The notes under the pieces were generated by a model. The model searched no databases, was not told the origin of the DNA, and was given only the letters and a program-made list of their open reading frames with translations. From contig OY759599.1 in NCBI GenBank assembly GCA_963662465.1, forward strand, positions 5,088,001-5,152,000: 64,000 bases of DNA. The letters run 5' to 3'. Made by a program: the position numbers and the translations under genes. The stretch is from Desulfatiglandales bacterium. GTDB taxonomy: Bacteria; Desulfobacterota; DSM-4660; Desulfatiglandales; Desulfatiglandaceae. This document shows, piece by piece, positions 1-9,072 of this stretch. Each line of letters begins with the position of its first letter. Within the stretch, counting starts at the first letter, position 1.

Positions 1-26
1 ATGTAGACTTATGCGAAAGAAACATT

Positions 27-1007
27 ATGGCCCGTCCTCTTCGCATAGAATATCCGGATGCCTGGTACCATGTCATGAACCGTGGGAGACGTGGGGAGGC
101 AATATTTGCGGATACGCCGGATTATGCCATGTTTACGGAGTTACTGCAGGAAACTTCGGAAATGTGGAACATCCGAATTGCAGCCTATTGCCTTATGCCA
201 AATAATTACCATATGCTGGTCCAAACTCCTGAAGCGAACATTTCTAGAAGCATGCGGCATTTGAACGGAGTCTATACCCAGAGATACAACAGCCGCCACC
301 GATGCGATGGGCCGCTTTTCCGAGGGCGTTATAAATCTATCCTCATCGACACAGACTCTTATCTGCTGCAAGCAGTTCGATATATTCACCGGAACCCATT
401 GGAAGCGGGATTGACAGACAAGATGGATTCCTATCCATGGAGTAGCCATCAAGGATATTTATCCGTCGCTAAAAATTGGGACTGGCTGTTTAAAGGACCG
501 ATTTTATCGGTGATATCCCAAAACAGAAAGGATTGGTTACGCAATTACAGGAGGTGGGTGTCGGTTGATGAAGGGGGCGAAGTCAGCGAAAAGCTGGGCG
601 CGAAAAGCTGGCCGGTGTGTTTGGGCTCCCAGGCATTTATTGATCGGATCAAACAGAAATACGGCAAAGAAAAAATCAATAAGGATGTACCATCGAGCAG
701 AGAATTGTCACCGGATTACAAACGAATTGTTGAAGGGGTGTGCAAGGCCTACGAAACGACAGCGGCGGAAGTTTTAAAAATGCAGCGAGGCAAGATGAAT
801 GAACCCCGTAATGCTGCCATATATCTATCCAGAAAGCTCAGACGAGACACATTGAAAGAAATCGGCTTAAAGTTTGGTATCGACAATGATTCTACCGTCA
901 GCAGTGTAATGGGGCGGGTAAAAAAGAGGCTTGAAAATGACCGGGGTTTTTCTCGTCGGTTGAATGAAATCGCAAAGTCAATTCAATCAAGCCAAGAGCG
1001 GACTTGA
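27..1007 (+). CDS. REP-associated tyrosine transposase (RAYT; IS200-like Y1/HUH domain) with C-terminal DnaA_C-like HTH; first His of the HUH motif replaced by Asn
   Basis: MARPLRIEYPDAWYHVMNRG start, AYCLMPNNYHML (canonical NHxH), G-x-LFRGRYKS, YIHRNP with the catalytic Tyr, YPWSSH; tail PRNAAIYLSRKLRRDTLKEIGLKFG...STVS is DnaA_C-like; stop codon lies inside GACTTGACCCC. Confidence 0.9.
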   Translation: MARPLRIEYPDAWYHVMNRGRRGEAIFADTPDYAMFTELLQETSEMWNIRIAAYCLMPNNYHMLVQTPEANISRSMRHLNGVYTQRYNSRHRCDGPLFRGRYKSILIDTDSYLLQAVRYIHRNPLEAGLTDKMDSYPWSSHQGYLSVAKNWDWLFKGPILSVISQNRKDWLRNYRRWVSVDEGGEVSEKLGAKSWPVCLGSQAFIDRIKQKYGKEKINKDVPSSRELSPDYKRIVEGVCKAYETTAAEVLKMQRGKMNEPRNAAIYLSRKLRRDTLKEIGLKFGIDNDSTVSSVMGRVKKRLENDRGFSRRLNEIAKSIQSSQERT

Positions 1008-1502
1008 CCCCATTTATGCGCTCGAACCTGTTGGTTCGCGGGACCTTGCTACGCTGCGGCCGGTGACCATGGGCCGATGGCCCTTTGATGGTGACCTGTT
1101 GACGGATTCCTGGTCCATATTGATGCGGATCGGCGATGAAAACGTGCATGGAGTGGGGGTTTAATAAGGATGCATGAGGGCAAAAGGGTCGACCTCATGA
1201 CGCCCATTTTTTGATTTTATGAACTTTTCAAGGCCCCGCCTCCGAAACCAATGGGATAGTAGTCAAAAAAATACCAGAAAATTGATCTTTCTTACCCGTT
1301 TTGTCTTGACTTATGCAGTGGTCGGGCGTAGGCAACAGTATCAGAATTCATGTGCGAAGTATTTTTTCGATTTGATAAAAAAAGAGGATCAGAAATGGCT
1401 TGTGGCGCACCCTGAACCCCGTTACTCCAGAACCGATGGAGAACGGGGTTTTGTATTTCCGGTGGATGCAGCCTCTCGGACCCCGAATCAGATCACCGCC
1501 TT

Positions 1503-1596
1503 GACGGGCGCTCCATCGCCCCGTGAGAGCGGCGTCTCACCGCGAAAGCACTGGTTCGGGATGCACGGCCTGTAGGTGCGGCTTTAGCCGCACAGT
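1503..1596 (+). repeat. Composite REP-like repeat copy 1 (hairpins 2-3-4)
   Basis: GACGGGCGCTCCATCGCCCCGTGAGAGCGGCGTCTCACCGCGAAAG...CTGTAGGTGCGGCTTTAGCCGCACAGT; aligns to the copies at 2638, 3711 and 4484. Confidence 0.9.
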
Positions 1597-1772
1597 TCAA
1601 CCCATGGATGAAAAGAAGCAAGAACATATTTTTTTTGAAAAAACTTCAGATCCCGTGACCGGATGTGACAAACCCATGAGGTATATTGGAGCAATACCGG
1701 AAGTGCCGGGACCGACCGTCTTCATCTGATGACATCGATGAATGTAAAAAACTCAGACAAGGAACCCGCATA

Positions 1773-2519
1773 ATGAACACAGGGAGCCGTCGTTACAGCA
1801 TTTTCATCAGCAGTGTTCAGAAGGAGCTCGCGGAAGAACGAAGCACGGTGAAGGATTTTATCAATCATGATCCATTATTTAGCCGATTCATCCGGGATGG
1901 GTTTTTTTTTGAAGATATCCCGGCGGGGGACCGAAAACCGGATGATATTTATTTGGACGAGGTTGCCCGCTGTGACATCTATCTTGCCATTCTGGGTAAC
2001 CGGTATGGCTCGAAAAACCAGGAGAGGAAATCCCCAACGGAACTGGAGTTTGACGAAGCCACCAGAACCCATTGGGAACGGCTGATCTTTTTAAAGGGCA
2101 GTGACGACAAGGCCCGTGAACCCGAAATGGCCGAACCCCTTTACCGTATAAAGTACGTGGAGAAAGCCGGCACCGGCACAACGGATATGATCGCCGATTG
2201 CCGGAAAGCGGGACTCCCCGAACCGGACTTTGAGCAGCGCGGTCCCTATTTCGTGGTGACCGTCTGGCGGGACTGGTTGACGGATGAGGTGCTGGCGGAT
2301 TTTAATTTGATCGACAGGCAGAAAAAAGCCATCACGTTATTGAAAGCCAAAGGAAAAATCACCAGCGGTGAATATAGAGAACACACCGGTATCGAAGCCC
2401 GAACAGCTACCCGTGACCTTAATGAACTTGTCAAAAAAGGGGTATTAATTCGGCACGGTGAGAAGCGGGGAACTTACTATACCCTTCGAAAAGGAAACTG
2501 GCATTTATCGGACATTTAA
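1773..2519 (+). CDS. DUF4062 domain fused to a RecG-C/HATPase_c_4-type tail and HTH; probably internally deleted
   Basis: IFISSVQKELAEER...CDIYLAILGNRYG...SPTELEFDEA (DUF4062) runs straight into AEPLYRIKYVEKAGTGT...GLPEPDF and a winged HTH (RTATRDLNELVKKGVL); start moved to ATG 1773. Confidence 0.7.
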   Translation: MNTGSRRYSIFISSVQKELAEERSTVKDFINHDPLFSRFIRDGFFFEDIPAGDRKPDDIYLDEVARCDIYLAILGNRYGSKNQERKSPTELEFDEATRTHWERLIFLKGSDDKAREPEMAEPLYRIKYVEKAGTGTTDMIADCRKAGLPEPDFEQRGPYFVVTVWRDWLTDEVLADFNLIDRQKKAITLLKAKGKITSGEYREHTGIEARTATRDLNELVKKGVLIRHGEKRGTYYTLRKGNWHLSDI

Positions 2520-2637
2520 GACTTCAATCCGAACTTGAGTTATCGGACATTTATCGGACATATGGGACATTTTTCAAACAAACGGCTCAAAGGCCTTTTT
2601 GACCGGTCGAACATATCCATAGTCGGTGGGCATTCCA

Positions 2638-2732
2638 CTGGTTCCCATGCTTTGCGTGGGAAGCCGCGGCGTCTCGCCGCGAAAGAGCTGACGGGAGGAT
2701 GCACGGCCTGCAGGTGCGGCTTCAGCCGCACA
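2638..2732 (+). repeat. Composite REP-like repeat copy 2 (hairpins 1-3-4)
   Basis: CTGGTTCCCATGCTTTGCGTGGGAAGCCGCGGCGTCTCGCCGCGAAAG...CAGGTGCGGCTTCAGCCGCAC. Confidence 0.9.
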
Positions 2733-2773
2733 CCCGGATCCCATTTGTGAGGCCCGGCAGGCAGACAAGACAC

Positions 2774-3652
2774 ATGATGAAGACAACGATTCAATCCGCA
2801 ACCCGTTTATTATGGATAACAGCAGCGGCGACTATTGGAGGCATTGTTCCATCCTACGCCGCCGATTTGCAGACATTCTCCAGTGTACAATTGGTCCATA
2901 ATGCTGAAAATGACGGGGACAGCTTTATTGTGGAAACCGGCGACAGGTCTTTCTGTGTGAGGCTCTATTTCGTTGATTGCCCTGAAACGTCCACCGGTTC
3001 CAAAAGCGATGCACAAAGGGTACGGGAGCAGTCCCGATATTTTGGTTTATCCGACCCGGCTCGTACGATCCATTTCGGTAACCAGGCCAAGACGTTTACC
3101 GAGCGTTCCCTTGCCAAAGCCTTTACCGTTTACACCGCCTTTGCCAGTGCCGGGGGCCGGTCCGCGCAAGGTCGTGTATATGGCTTCATCACGACGGATG
3201 GCGGAAACGACCTGGCGTGCCTCCTCGTTAAAAATGGGTTTGCCCGCACGCACGGCAAAGGCCGGAAAACACCCGATGGCGTACCCCGTGACGAAATGAT
3301 TGAAACGCTTCGTGATCTTGAAATTTCAGCCATGTTGAAACGGACCGGCATCTGGTCGGAAAGTGACTCGGATCGGATTGCGGAACTTCGCGCAACCCAG
3401 CGAAGAGAGGATAATGAATTAAAAGCATTACAAACCCGGGTAAAAAAGAGCTGGCCCGCACCGGTTTTGCTCGACCTTAACACGGCCAGCAAAGAGGAAC
3501 TGCAATCCGTCAAAGGAATTGGTCCGGTTCTGGCCGGAAAAATTATAGCCGGTCGGCCGTATAAAACCATGGATGATCTGCTTAACGTAAAAGGCATCAG
3601 TCAAAAAAACCTTGCGCGTTTTCGCCCTTATTTCACCGTGGGTGGAGAGTAG
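2774..3652 (+). CDS. Exported thermonuclease (SNase-like) fused to a ComEA-type helix-hairpin-helix domain
   Basis: Signal-like N-terminus ending SYA-A; DGDSF, VRLYFVDCPET, LVKNGFAR (SNase motifs); LDLNTASKEELQSVKGIGPVLAGKII...LLNVKGIS (HhH_3). Confidence 0.8.
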   Translation: MMKTTIQSATRLLWITAAATIGGIVPSYAADLQTFSSVQLVHNAENDGDSFIVETGDRSFCVRLYFVDCPETSTGSKSDAQRVREQSRYFGLSDPARTIHFGNQAKTFTERSLAKAFTVYTAFASAGGRSAQGRVYGFITTDGGNDLACLLVKNGFARTHGKGRKTPDGVPRDEMIETLRDLEISAMLKRTGIWSESDSDRIAELRATQRREDNELKALQTRVKKSWPAPVLLDLNTASKEELQSVKGIGPVLAGKIIAGRPYKTMDDLLNVKGISQKNLARFRPYFTVGGE

Positions 3653-3710
3653 GGGATACCATGGCCCATGGACCCATTGAACCGGAGGAAAAGCCAATGT
3701 CCCCCCACCC

Positions 3711-3835
3711 CTGGTTCCCATGCTCCGCGTGGGAACTTTGGACGGGCGCTCCAGCGCCCTGTGAGAGCGGCGTTTCGCCGCGAAAGCACTGCCGGGAGGA
3801 TGGACGGACTGTAGGTGCGGCTTCAGCCGCACAGT
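3711..3835 (+). repeat. Composite REP-like repeat copy 3 (complete, four hairpins)
   Basis: GTTCCCATGC-TCC-GCGTGGGAAC; GGGCGCT-CC-AGCGCCC; GCGGCG-TTT-CGCCGC; GTAG-GTGCGGCT-TC-AGCCGCAC. Confidence 0.92.
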
Positions 3836-3883
3836 CTAAGGCACTGGCTCGGCCCCGCATACCACACTGGACAACGGATCACT

Positions 3884-4450
3884 ATGGCAAGAAAAAGCAA
3901 ACAAAAAGCACCGAACTGGAAAGACATAGAGAAGAAAATCAGTAAATTCGAGAAAACCGAATTTACCGAACTGCTGCGGGACCTCTATCATTTGTCACCG
4001 GAAAACAAAACTTTCTTCCTCACACGGTTTTCAATTGGGGAGGATACGCCGGCAACCTACCGGAGGATCATTCAAAACGCGATGAATCCTGAAATTGAAG
4101 AGGGACATGACCTGGAGATTGAAAAGGCACATGATGCCATCAAAAGATTCACCAAAGCCGTGGACGATCCTCACGGTGAAGCAGATCTGCGGATTTATTA
4201 TGTGGAATGCGGCAACAATTTCACCCTGAGCTATGGTGACATTGATGGAGATTTCTATGACGACATCCTGCAAATGTATGAATATGCTATAGAGACGGTT
4301 TTGGAACTACCGAAAAAAGACCGGAAAGCCTTCAAAACCAGGCTCCACGACATTATGGAATCGGCCGACGGCATCGGCTGGGGATATTCTGATGGGCTTT
4401 GTGAACTGTACAACAAGTCATTTCCAGATGATTCACTCCGGAAAGATTAA
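3884..4450 (+). CDS. Conserved hypothetical alpha-helical protein (DUF6155-like)
   Basis: ELLRDLYHLSPENKTFF...YYVECGNNFTLSYGDIDGDFYD...IGWGY pattern; lies between two REP copies. Confidence 0.6.
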   Translation: MARKSKQKAPNWKDIEKKISKFEKTEFTELLRDLYHLSPENKTFFLTRFSIGEDTPATYRRIIQNAMNPEIEEGHDLEIEKAHDAIKRFTKAVDDPHGEADLRIYYVECGNNFTLSYGDIDGDFYDDILQMYEYAIETVLELPKKDRKAFKTRLHDIMESADGIGWGYSDGLCELYNKSFPDDSLRKD

Positions 4451-4483
4451 AGAACCCCAGGGAATCCCGGTATCCCCCCGGTC

Positions 4484-4608
4484 CTGGTTCCCATGCTCCG
4501 CGTGGGAACAAACGACGGGCGCTCCGGCGCCCCGTGAGAGCGGCGTCTCGCCGCGAAAGCACTGACGGGAGGATGCACGGACTGTAGGTGCGGCTTCAGC
4601 CGCACAGT
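4484..4608 (+). repeat. Composite REP-like repeat copy 4 (complete, four hairpins)
   Basis: Near-identical to 3711-3835. Confidence 0.92.
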
Positions 4609-4852
4609 TCAAGGGCTTATTGTTTTGGGATTGCGGGAAAAATGCATTTTTCTGAAAAAAATTTCGAGGTTGTGACCGGATATGACAAACACGGGATCTA
4701 TAATGCGCCAAAACGGGAAATCAGGCTGCCGCTTTTCCCCGGAGAGATATCAAATGGCTGAAAAAAACCGACGATCCATTGATCACACAGGTGCTGAAAG
4801 CGGCATTTCCCAAAAGAACGCGGGAGGAAAAGCCGCTTCCTTCGGGTCCCAA

Positions 4853-4879
4853 CTGATTCCCATGCTCCAGTGGGAACCC
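4853..4879 (+). repeat. Single REP hairpin-1 copy
   Basis: CTGATTCCCATGCTCCAGTGGGAACCC just upstream of the IPT gene. Confidence 0.7.
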
Positions 4880-4916
4880 AAAAAGGGTTCCTTAAATTCC
4901 GGACAAGGAGATATGA

Positions 4917-7900
4917 ATGAAGAATGCACGTTTTCTATTTTTTCTCGTACTTATAACAGTAACCCTTGTCTTTTCGGGATGTAAATGGACCATACTGAGC
5001 ATATATGGGCACAATTGTGCTTCTACCGGGGAAACTGTCACCATCTATATTGAAGGAACATGTACGAGTGAAGCGGATTCCCCTGCACAATACGGCTTGA
5101 TCCTGCAGATTCCGAATAGCTGGCTTGTTATATCAGCAAGAGCTGAAGTTGGAACAATGTCTTATAATCTCACAGAAAATCCGGACTATGCCTCCCTTTA
5201 CTCTGCGGAACCTGGTCAAAAAATCTGGGTGGGGACCGCAACGCAATCAAGTAATTCTACTGAGAACGGAATCGCAACCGTGGTGCTCTCGATTGGCGAT
5301 GTTGACGGACAAGTGAAAGTTGCAGCAGGTTCTTTTAGAGATGGGACCTGGACTACCGATGACCCTGCGGGTGAATTCGATTTTTCAAGTATCACTGAAC
5401 AGAAATATGTCCATTCAATTTCAATCGCCGGCAGCTGTATTCCGAACCCGCCGCCAACGGTAACATCAGTAACTCCGGAATCAGGCTCATCCAATGGAGG
5501 TACGGAGATCACTGTTCATGGCTCAGACTTCGCGGAAAGTTTTGGCAGTGGTGTCACGATAGGCGACAACTGGATTTCCTACGACGAAATCACCTATGGC
5601 GCAGATGGCACCTGGCTTCGTTTTTGTACCCCACTGCATGCAGTTGGGGCTGTTGATGCGACAGTCCGTAATCCGGATGGGCAGGAAGGGACCCTTACGG
5701 ACGGATACACATATGTTCAGGCCTCGCCCCCAACCGTAACGTCAGTAAGTCCGGATTCAGGGTCAACCAATGGGGGTACGGAAATAATTGTTTTTGGTAC
5801 AGGCTTTGCCGAAGGCTCGGGCGGCGGCGTCACGATAGGCGGCAATTGGATTTCCTATTATAGCGTTACCTATGGCGCAGATGGCACCTGGCTTCAGTTC
5901 AATACCCCCACACACGCAGCCGGGGCTGTTGATGTGACAGTCCGTAACCCGGATGGGCAGGAAGGGACCCTGTCAGACGGATACACCTATGTTCAGGCTT
6001 CGCCTCCAACAGTAACGTCAGTAAGTCCGGATTCAGGGTCAACCAATGGGGGTACGGAAATAATTGTTTCTGGTACAGACTTCGTTGAAGGCTCGGGGAG
6101 TGGTGTTACGATAGGGGGCACTTCGATTTCCTATTACTACGTTACCTATGGTTCAGATGGCACCTGGCTTCGGTTCGATACCCCCACACACGCAGCCGGG
6201 CCTGTTGATGTGACAGTCCGTAATCCGGATGGGCAAGAAGGAACACTTGCAGACGGATACACCTATGTTGAGGCTTCGCCACCAACAGTAACATCGGTAA
6301 GCCCGGATTCAGGTGCAAGTAATGGAGGGACCGAAATAACTGTTTTTGGTACGGACTTCGTTGAAGGCTCAGGCAGTGGCGTAACAATAGGGGGCAATTG
6401 GATTTCCTATTATGACATTACCTATGGTTCAGATGGCACTTGGCTGCAATTTGATACACCGGTACATGCAGCTGCGGTTGTTGATATCACAGTCCGGAAC
6501 CCGGACGGTCAGGAAGGGACTCTTACAGGCGGATATACCTATGTTGCTGATCCTACTCCGTCAATCACTTCAGTCAGTCCGGATTCTGGTCCGAGTAATG
6601 GCGGTACTGAAGTGACTGTTTATGGATCGGATTTTGTTGAAGGCTCGGGAAGTGGTGTTACGATAGGGGGCACTTCGGTTTCCAATTCCATTACATATGG
6701 GGAAGATGGTACTTGGCTTCGTTTTGTAACCCCTGTCCATTTGCCTGGCTCTGTTGATGTGACAGCTCGTAATCCTGATGGTCAGGAAGGAACGCTTTCA
6801 GACGGTTATACCTATATCGCGGATTCACCGCCAACGATTAATTCAGTAAGCCCGGATTCAGGCGGGACTAATGGTGGTACGGAAGTGACCGTGTACGGCT
6901 CAAATTTCATTGAGGGTTCAGGAAGTGGTGTTACGATAGGCGGCAATTCAATTTCCTATTATGACATTACATATGGGGCGGATGGCACCTGGCTTCGGTT
7001 TATAACCCCAGTCCATTCAGCTGGGACAGTTGACATCACGGTTCGAAATCCTGATGGCCAGGCAGCTGTTCTCACAGATGGATACACATATGAAGCCGAT
7101 CCAGCGCCGACAATAGCCTCCGTCGACCCAACATCCGGTTCAAGCAATGGTGGAACTGAAGTTTTAATCAGTGGTTCAAATTTTAACAGCAGCGCAAGTG
7201 TTCGTTTTGGGAACGAATATGTCTCTTACTACGATAAAACAATTTCCGAAGATGGGACTTGGATGAGTGTTGATACGCCTGCACATGCAACAGGAACTGT
7301 TGATGTCACAGTTCGAAATCCTGATGGTCAGGCAGCTGTTCTCACAGATGGATACACATATGAAGCCGATCCAGCGCCGACAATAGCCTCCGTCGACCCA
7401 ACATCCGGTTCAAGCAATGGTGGAACTGAAGTTTTAATCAGTGGTTCAAATTTTAACAGCAGCGCAAGTGTTCGTTTTGGGAACGAATATGTCTCTTACT
7501 ACGATAAAACAATTTCCGAAGATGGGACTTGGATGAGTGTTGATACGCCTGCACATGCAACAGGAACTGTTGATGTCACAGTTCGAAATCCTGATGGCCA
7601 GGCAGCTGTTCTCACAGATGGATACACATATGAAGCCGATCCAGCGCCGACAATAGCCTCCGTCGACCCAACATCCGGTTCAAGCAATGGTGGAACTGAA
7701 GTTTTAATCAGTGGTTCAAATTTTAACAGCAGCGCAAGTGTTCGTTTTGGGAACGAATATGTCTCTTACTACGATAAAACAATTTCCGAAGATGGGACTT
7801 GGATGAGTGTTGATACGCCTGCACATGCAACAGGAACTGTTGATGTCACAGTTCGTAATCCTGATGGCCAGGCAGCTGTTCTCACAGATGGATACACATA

Positions 7901-8984
7901 TGAAGCCGATCCAGCGCCGACAATAGCCTCCGTTGACCCAACATCCGGTTCAAGCAATGGTGGAACTGAAGTTTTAATCAGTGGTTCAAATTTTAACAGC
8001 AGCGCAAGTGTTCGTTTTGGGAACGAATATGTCTCATACTACGATAAAACAATTTCCGAAGATGGGACTTGGATGAGTGTTGATACGCCTGCACATGCAA
8101 CAGGAACTGTTGATGTCACAGTTCGTAATCCTGATGGTCAGGCAGCCGTTCTGTCGGATGCATACACATACGTAAGTGCTCCAGTCGTCGAAACAACAGA
8201 AGCATGTGAAATTTCCTATAGATCAGCAACAAGCGGCGGCGATGTGAAAAGCGATGGCGAATTGGAGGTTACAGCCCGTGGTGTTTGCTGGGGGACATCG
8301 ATCAATCCAACGAAAGAAGGTGGTCACACCGTAGATGGTTCAGGGGCAGGGGTGTTTGCAAGCCAACTTACCGGCCTAAATCCCGGAACTCTTTATCATG
8401 TGAGAGCATATGCCACGAATAATGCCGGGACATCGTACGGTGACGACCTGACCTTTAACACCGAAGCCTTGAAAGTCCCTTCCCTGACAACGACAGAACC
8501 GTATAACATCACATCCACAATGGCGACAAGCGGTGGAAATATTACAAGTGACGGGGGTGAATCTGTAACCGCATGGGGCGTTTGCTGGAGTACATCACCC
8601 AACCCCACAACGGAAGACGATCATACTTTCGATGAAGTGAAGAACAGGGGTTTTGTAAGTTTCATTTCCGGGTTGAATGCTGGAACCGTGTATCATGTGA
8701 GGGCGTACGCCATAAACAGCCAGGGCACGGGCTACGGACAGGATATTGAATTTACAACAGTTGGTCAGTGCCCGGAATGTTCTGGTGAGGATGTCCTGAT
8801 TGAAGACGTCACCTTCCCCCCGGGAACAACCTGTGAATGTGTCGGCAGCAAATCATTAACATTAGGGGAAGGGGTGATTGTTGAAGAAAAGGCGACGGTA
8901 ATTTTCAAAGCGCCGGTGATAAAGGCAACGAGTGGCGCACATGTGAAAAATGGTGCCACTGTTAAAATGAAGCCCACAAATTAG
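4917..8984 (+). CDS. Large exported/lipoprotein with 10 IPT/TIG domains, two FN3-like domains and a Cys-containing C-terminal domain
   Basis: Hydrophobic N-terminus ending LVFSGC; ten repeats PT(V/I)xSVxPxSGxxNGGTE...VTVRNPDGQ...DGYTY; two ATSGG...GVCW...GLNxGTxYHVRAYAxN units; RBS GGAG before ATG. Confidence 0.9.
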   Translation: MKNARFLFFLVLITVTLVFSGCKWTILSIYGHNCASTGETVTIYIEGTCTSEADSPAQYGLILQIPNSWLVISARAEVGTMSYNLTENPDYASLYSAEPGQKIWVGTATQSSNSTENGIATVVLSIGDVDGQVKVAAGSFRDGTWTTDDPAGEFDFSSITEQKYVHSISIAGSCIPNPPPTVTSVTPESGSSNGGTEITVHGSDFAESFGSGVTIGDNWISYDEITYGADGTWLRFCTPLHAVGAVDATVRNPDGQEGTLTDGYTYVQASPPTVTSVSPDSGSTNGGTEIIVFGTGFAEGSGGGVTIGGNWISYYSVTYGADGTWLQFNTPTHAAGAVDVTVRNPDGQEGTLSDGYTYVQASPPTVTSVSPDSGSTNGGTEIIVSGTDFVEGSGSGVTIGGTSISYYYVTYGSDGTWLRFDTPTHAAGPVDVTVRNPDGQEGTLADGYTYVEASPPTVTSVSPDSGASNGGTEITVFGTDFVEGSGSGVTIGGNWISYYDITYGSDGTWLQFDTPVHAAAVVDITVRNPDGQEGTLTGGYTYVADPTPSITSVSPDSGPSNGGTEVTVYGSDFVEGSGSGVTIGGTSVSNSITYGEDGTWLRFVTPVHLPGSVDVTARNPDGQEGTLSDGYTYIADSPPTINSVSPDSGGTNGGTEVTVYGSNFIEGSGSGVTIGGNSISYYDITYGADGTWLRFITPVHSAGTVDITVRNPDGQAAVLTDGYTYEADPAPTIASVDPTSGSSNGGTEVLISGSNFNSSASVRFGNEYVSYYDKTISEDGTWMSVDTPAHATGTVDVTVRNPDGQAAVLTDGYTYEADPAPTIASVDPTSGSSNGGTEVLISGSNFNSSASVRFGNEYVSYYDKTISEDGTWMSVDTPAHATGTVDVTVRNPDGQAAVLTDGYTYEADPAPTIASVDPTSGSSNGGTEVLISGSNFNSSASVRFGNEYVSYYDKTISEDGTWMSVDTPAHATGTVDVTVRNPDGQAAVLTDGYTYEADPAPTIASVDPTSGSSNGGTEVLISGSNFNSSASVRFGNEYVSYYDKTISEDGTWMSVDTPAHATGTVDVTVRNPDGQAAVLSDAYTYVSAPVVETTEACEISYRSATSGGDVKSDGELEVTARGVCWGTSINPTKEGGHTVDGSGAGVFASQLTGLNPGTLYHVRAYATNNAGTSYGDDLTFNTEALKVPSLTTTEPYNITSTMATSGGNITSDGGESVTAWGVCWSTSPNPTTEDDHTFDEVKNRGFVSFISGLNAGTVYHVRAYAINSQGTGYGQDIEFTTVGQCPECSGEDVLIEDVTFPPGTTCECVGSKSLTLGEGVIVEEKATVIFKAPVIKATSGAHVKNGATVKMKPTN
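7041..8147 (+). repeat. Four near-identical 270-bp tandem repeats inside the IPT gene
   Basis: GATACACATATGAAGCCGATCCAGCG recurs at 7081, 7351, 7621, 7891; only a few synonymous differences. Confidence 0.95.
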
Positions 8985-9072
8985 GGCCTGCACTGATTTC
9001 CATTTGGCATGGAAAGCGCAAACAGCATAATTCCATAATTGGTTTTACCTGGGAAATAAACCAAAGGCACAT

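Noticed and set aside
964..1575. ORFs 964-1164 and 1219-1575 as genes
   Set aside because: No recognisable family or convincing RBS, and the second reads into a REP; they may be remnants but I cannot support that.
2505..2570. TATCGGACAT short repeats as iterons or operators
   Set aside because: Only three to four irregularly spaced copies at a decayed gene tail; no rep gene.
1503..4608. Recurring palindromic repeats as a CRISPR array
   Set aside because: Copies are separated by whole genes, not 30-40 bp spacers, and no cas genes are present.
3428..4711. Short ORFs spanning the REP copies (e.g. 3428-3832, 3633-3860, 4353-4562, 4433-4711)
   Set aside because: Their mutual similarity comes from translated repeat DNA.
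7041..8147. 270-bp repeats as a DGR template/variable pair or non-coding array
   Set aside because: They are in-frame IPT domains with synonymous differences only; no reverse transcriptase and no adenine-specific pattern.
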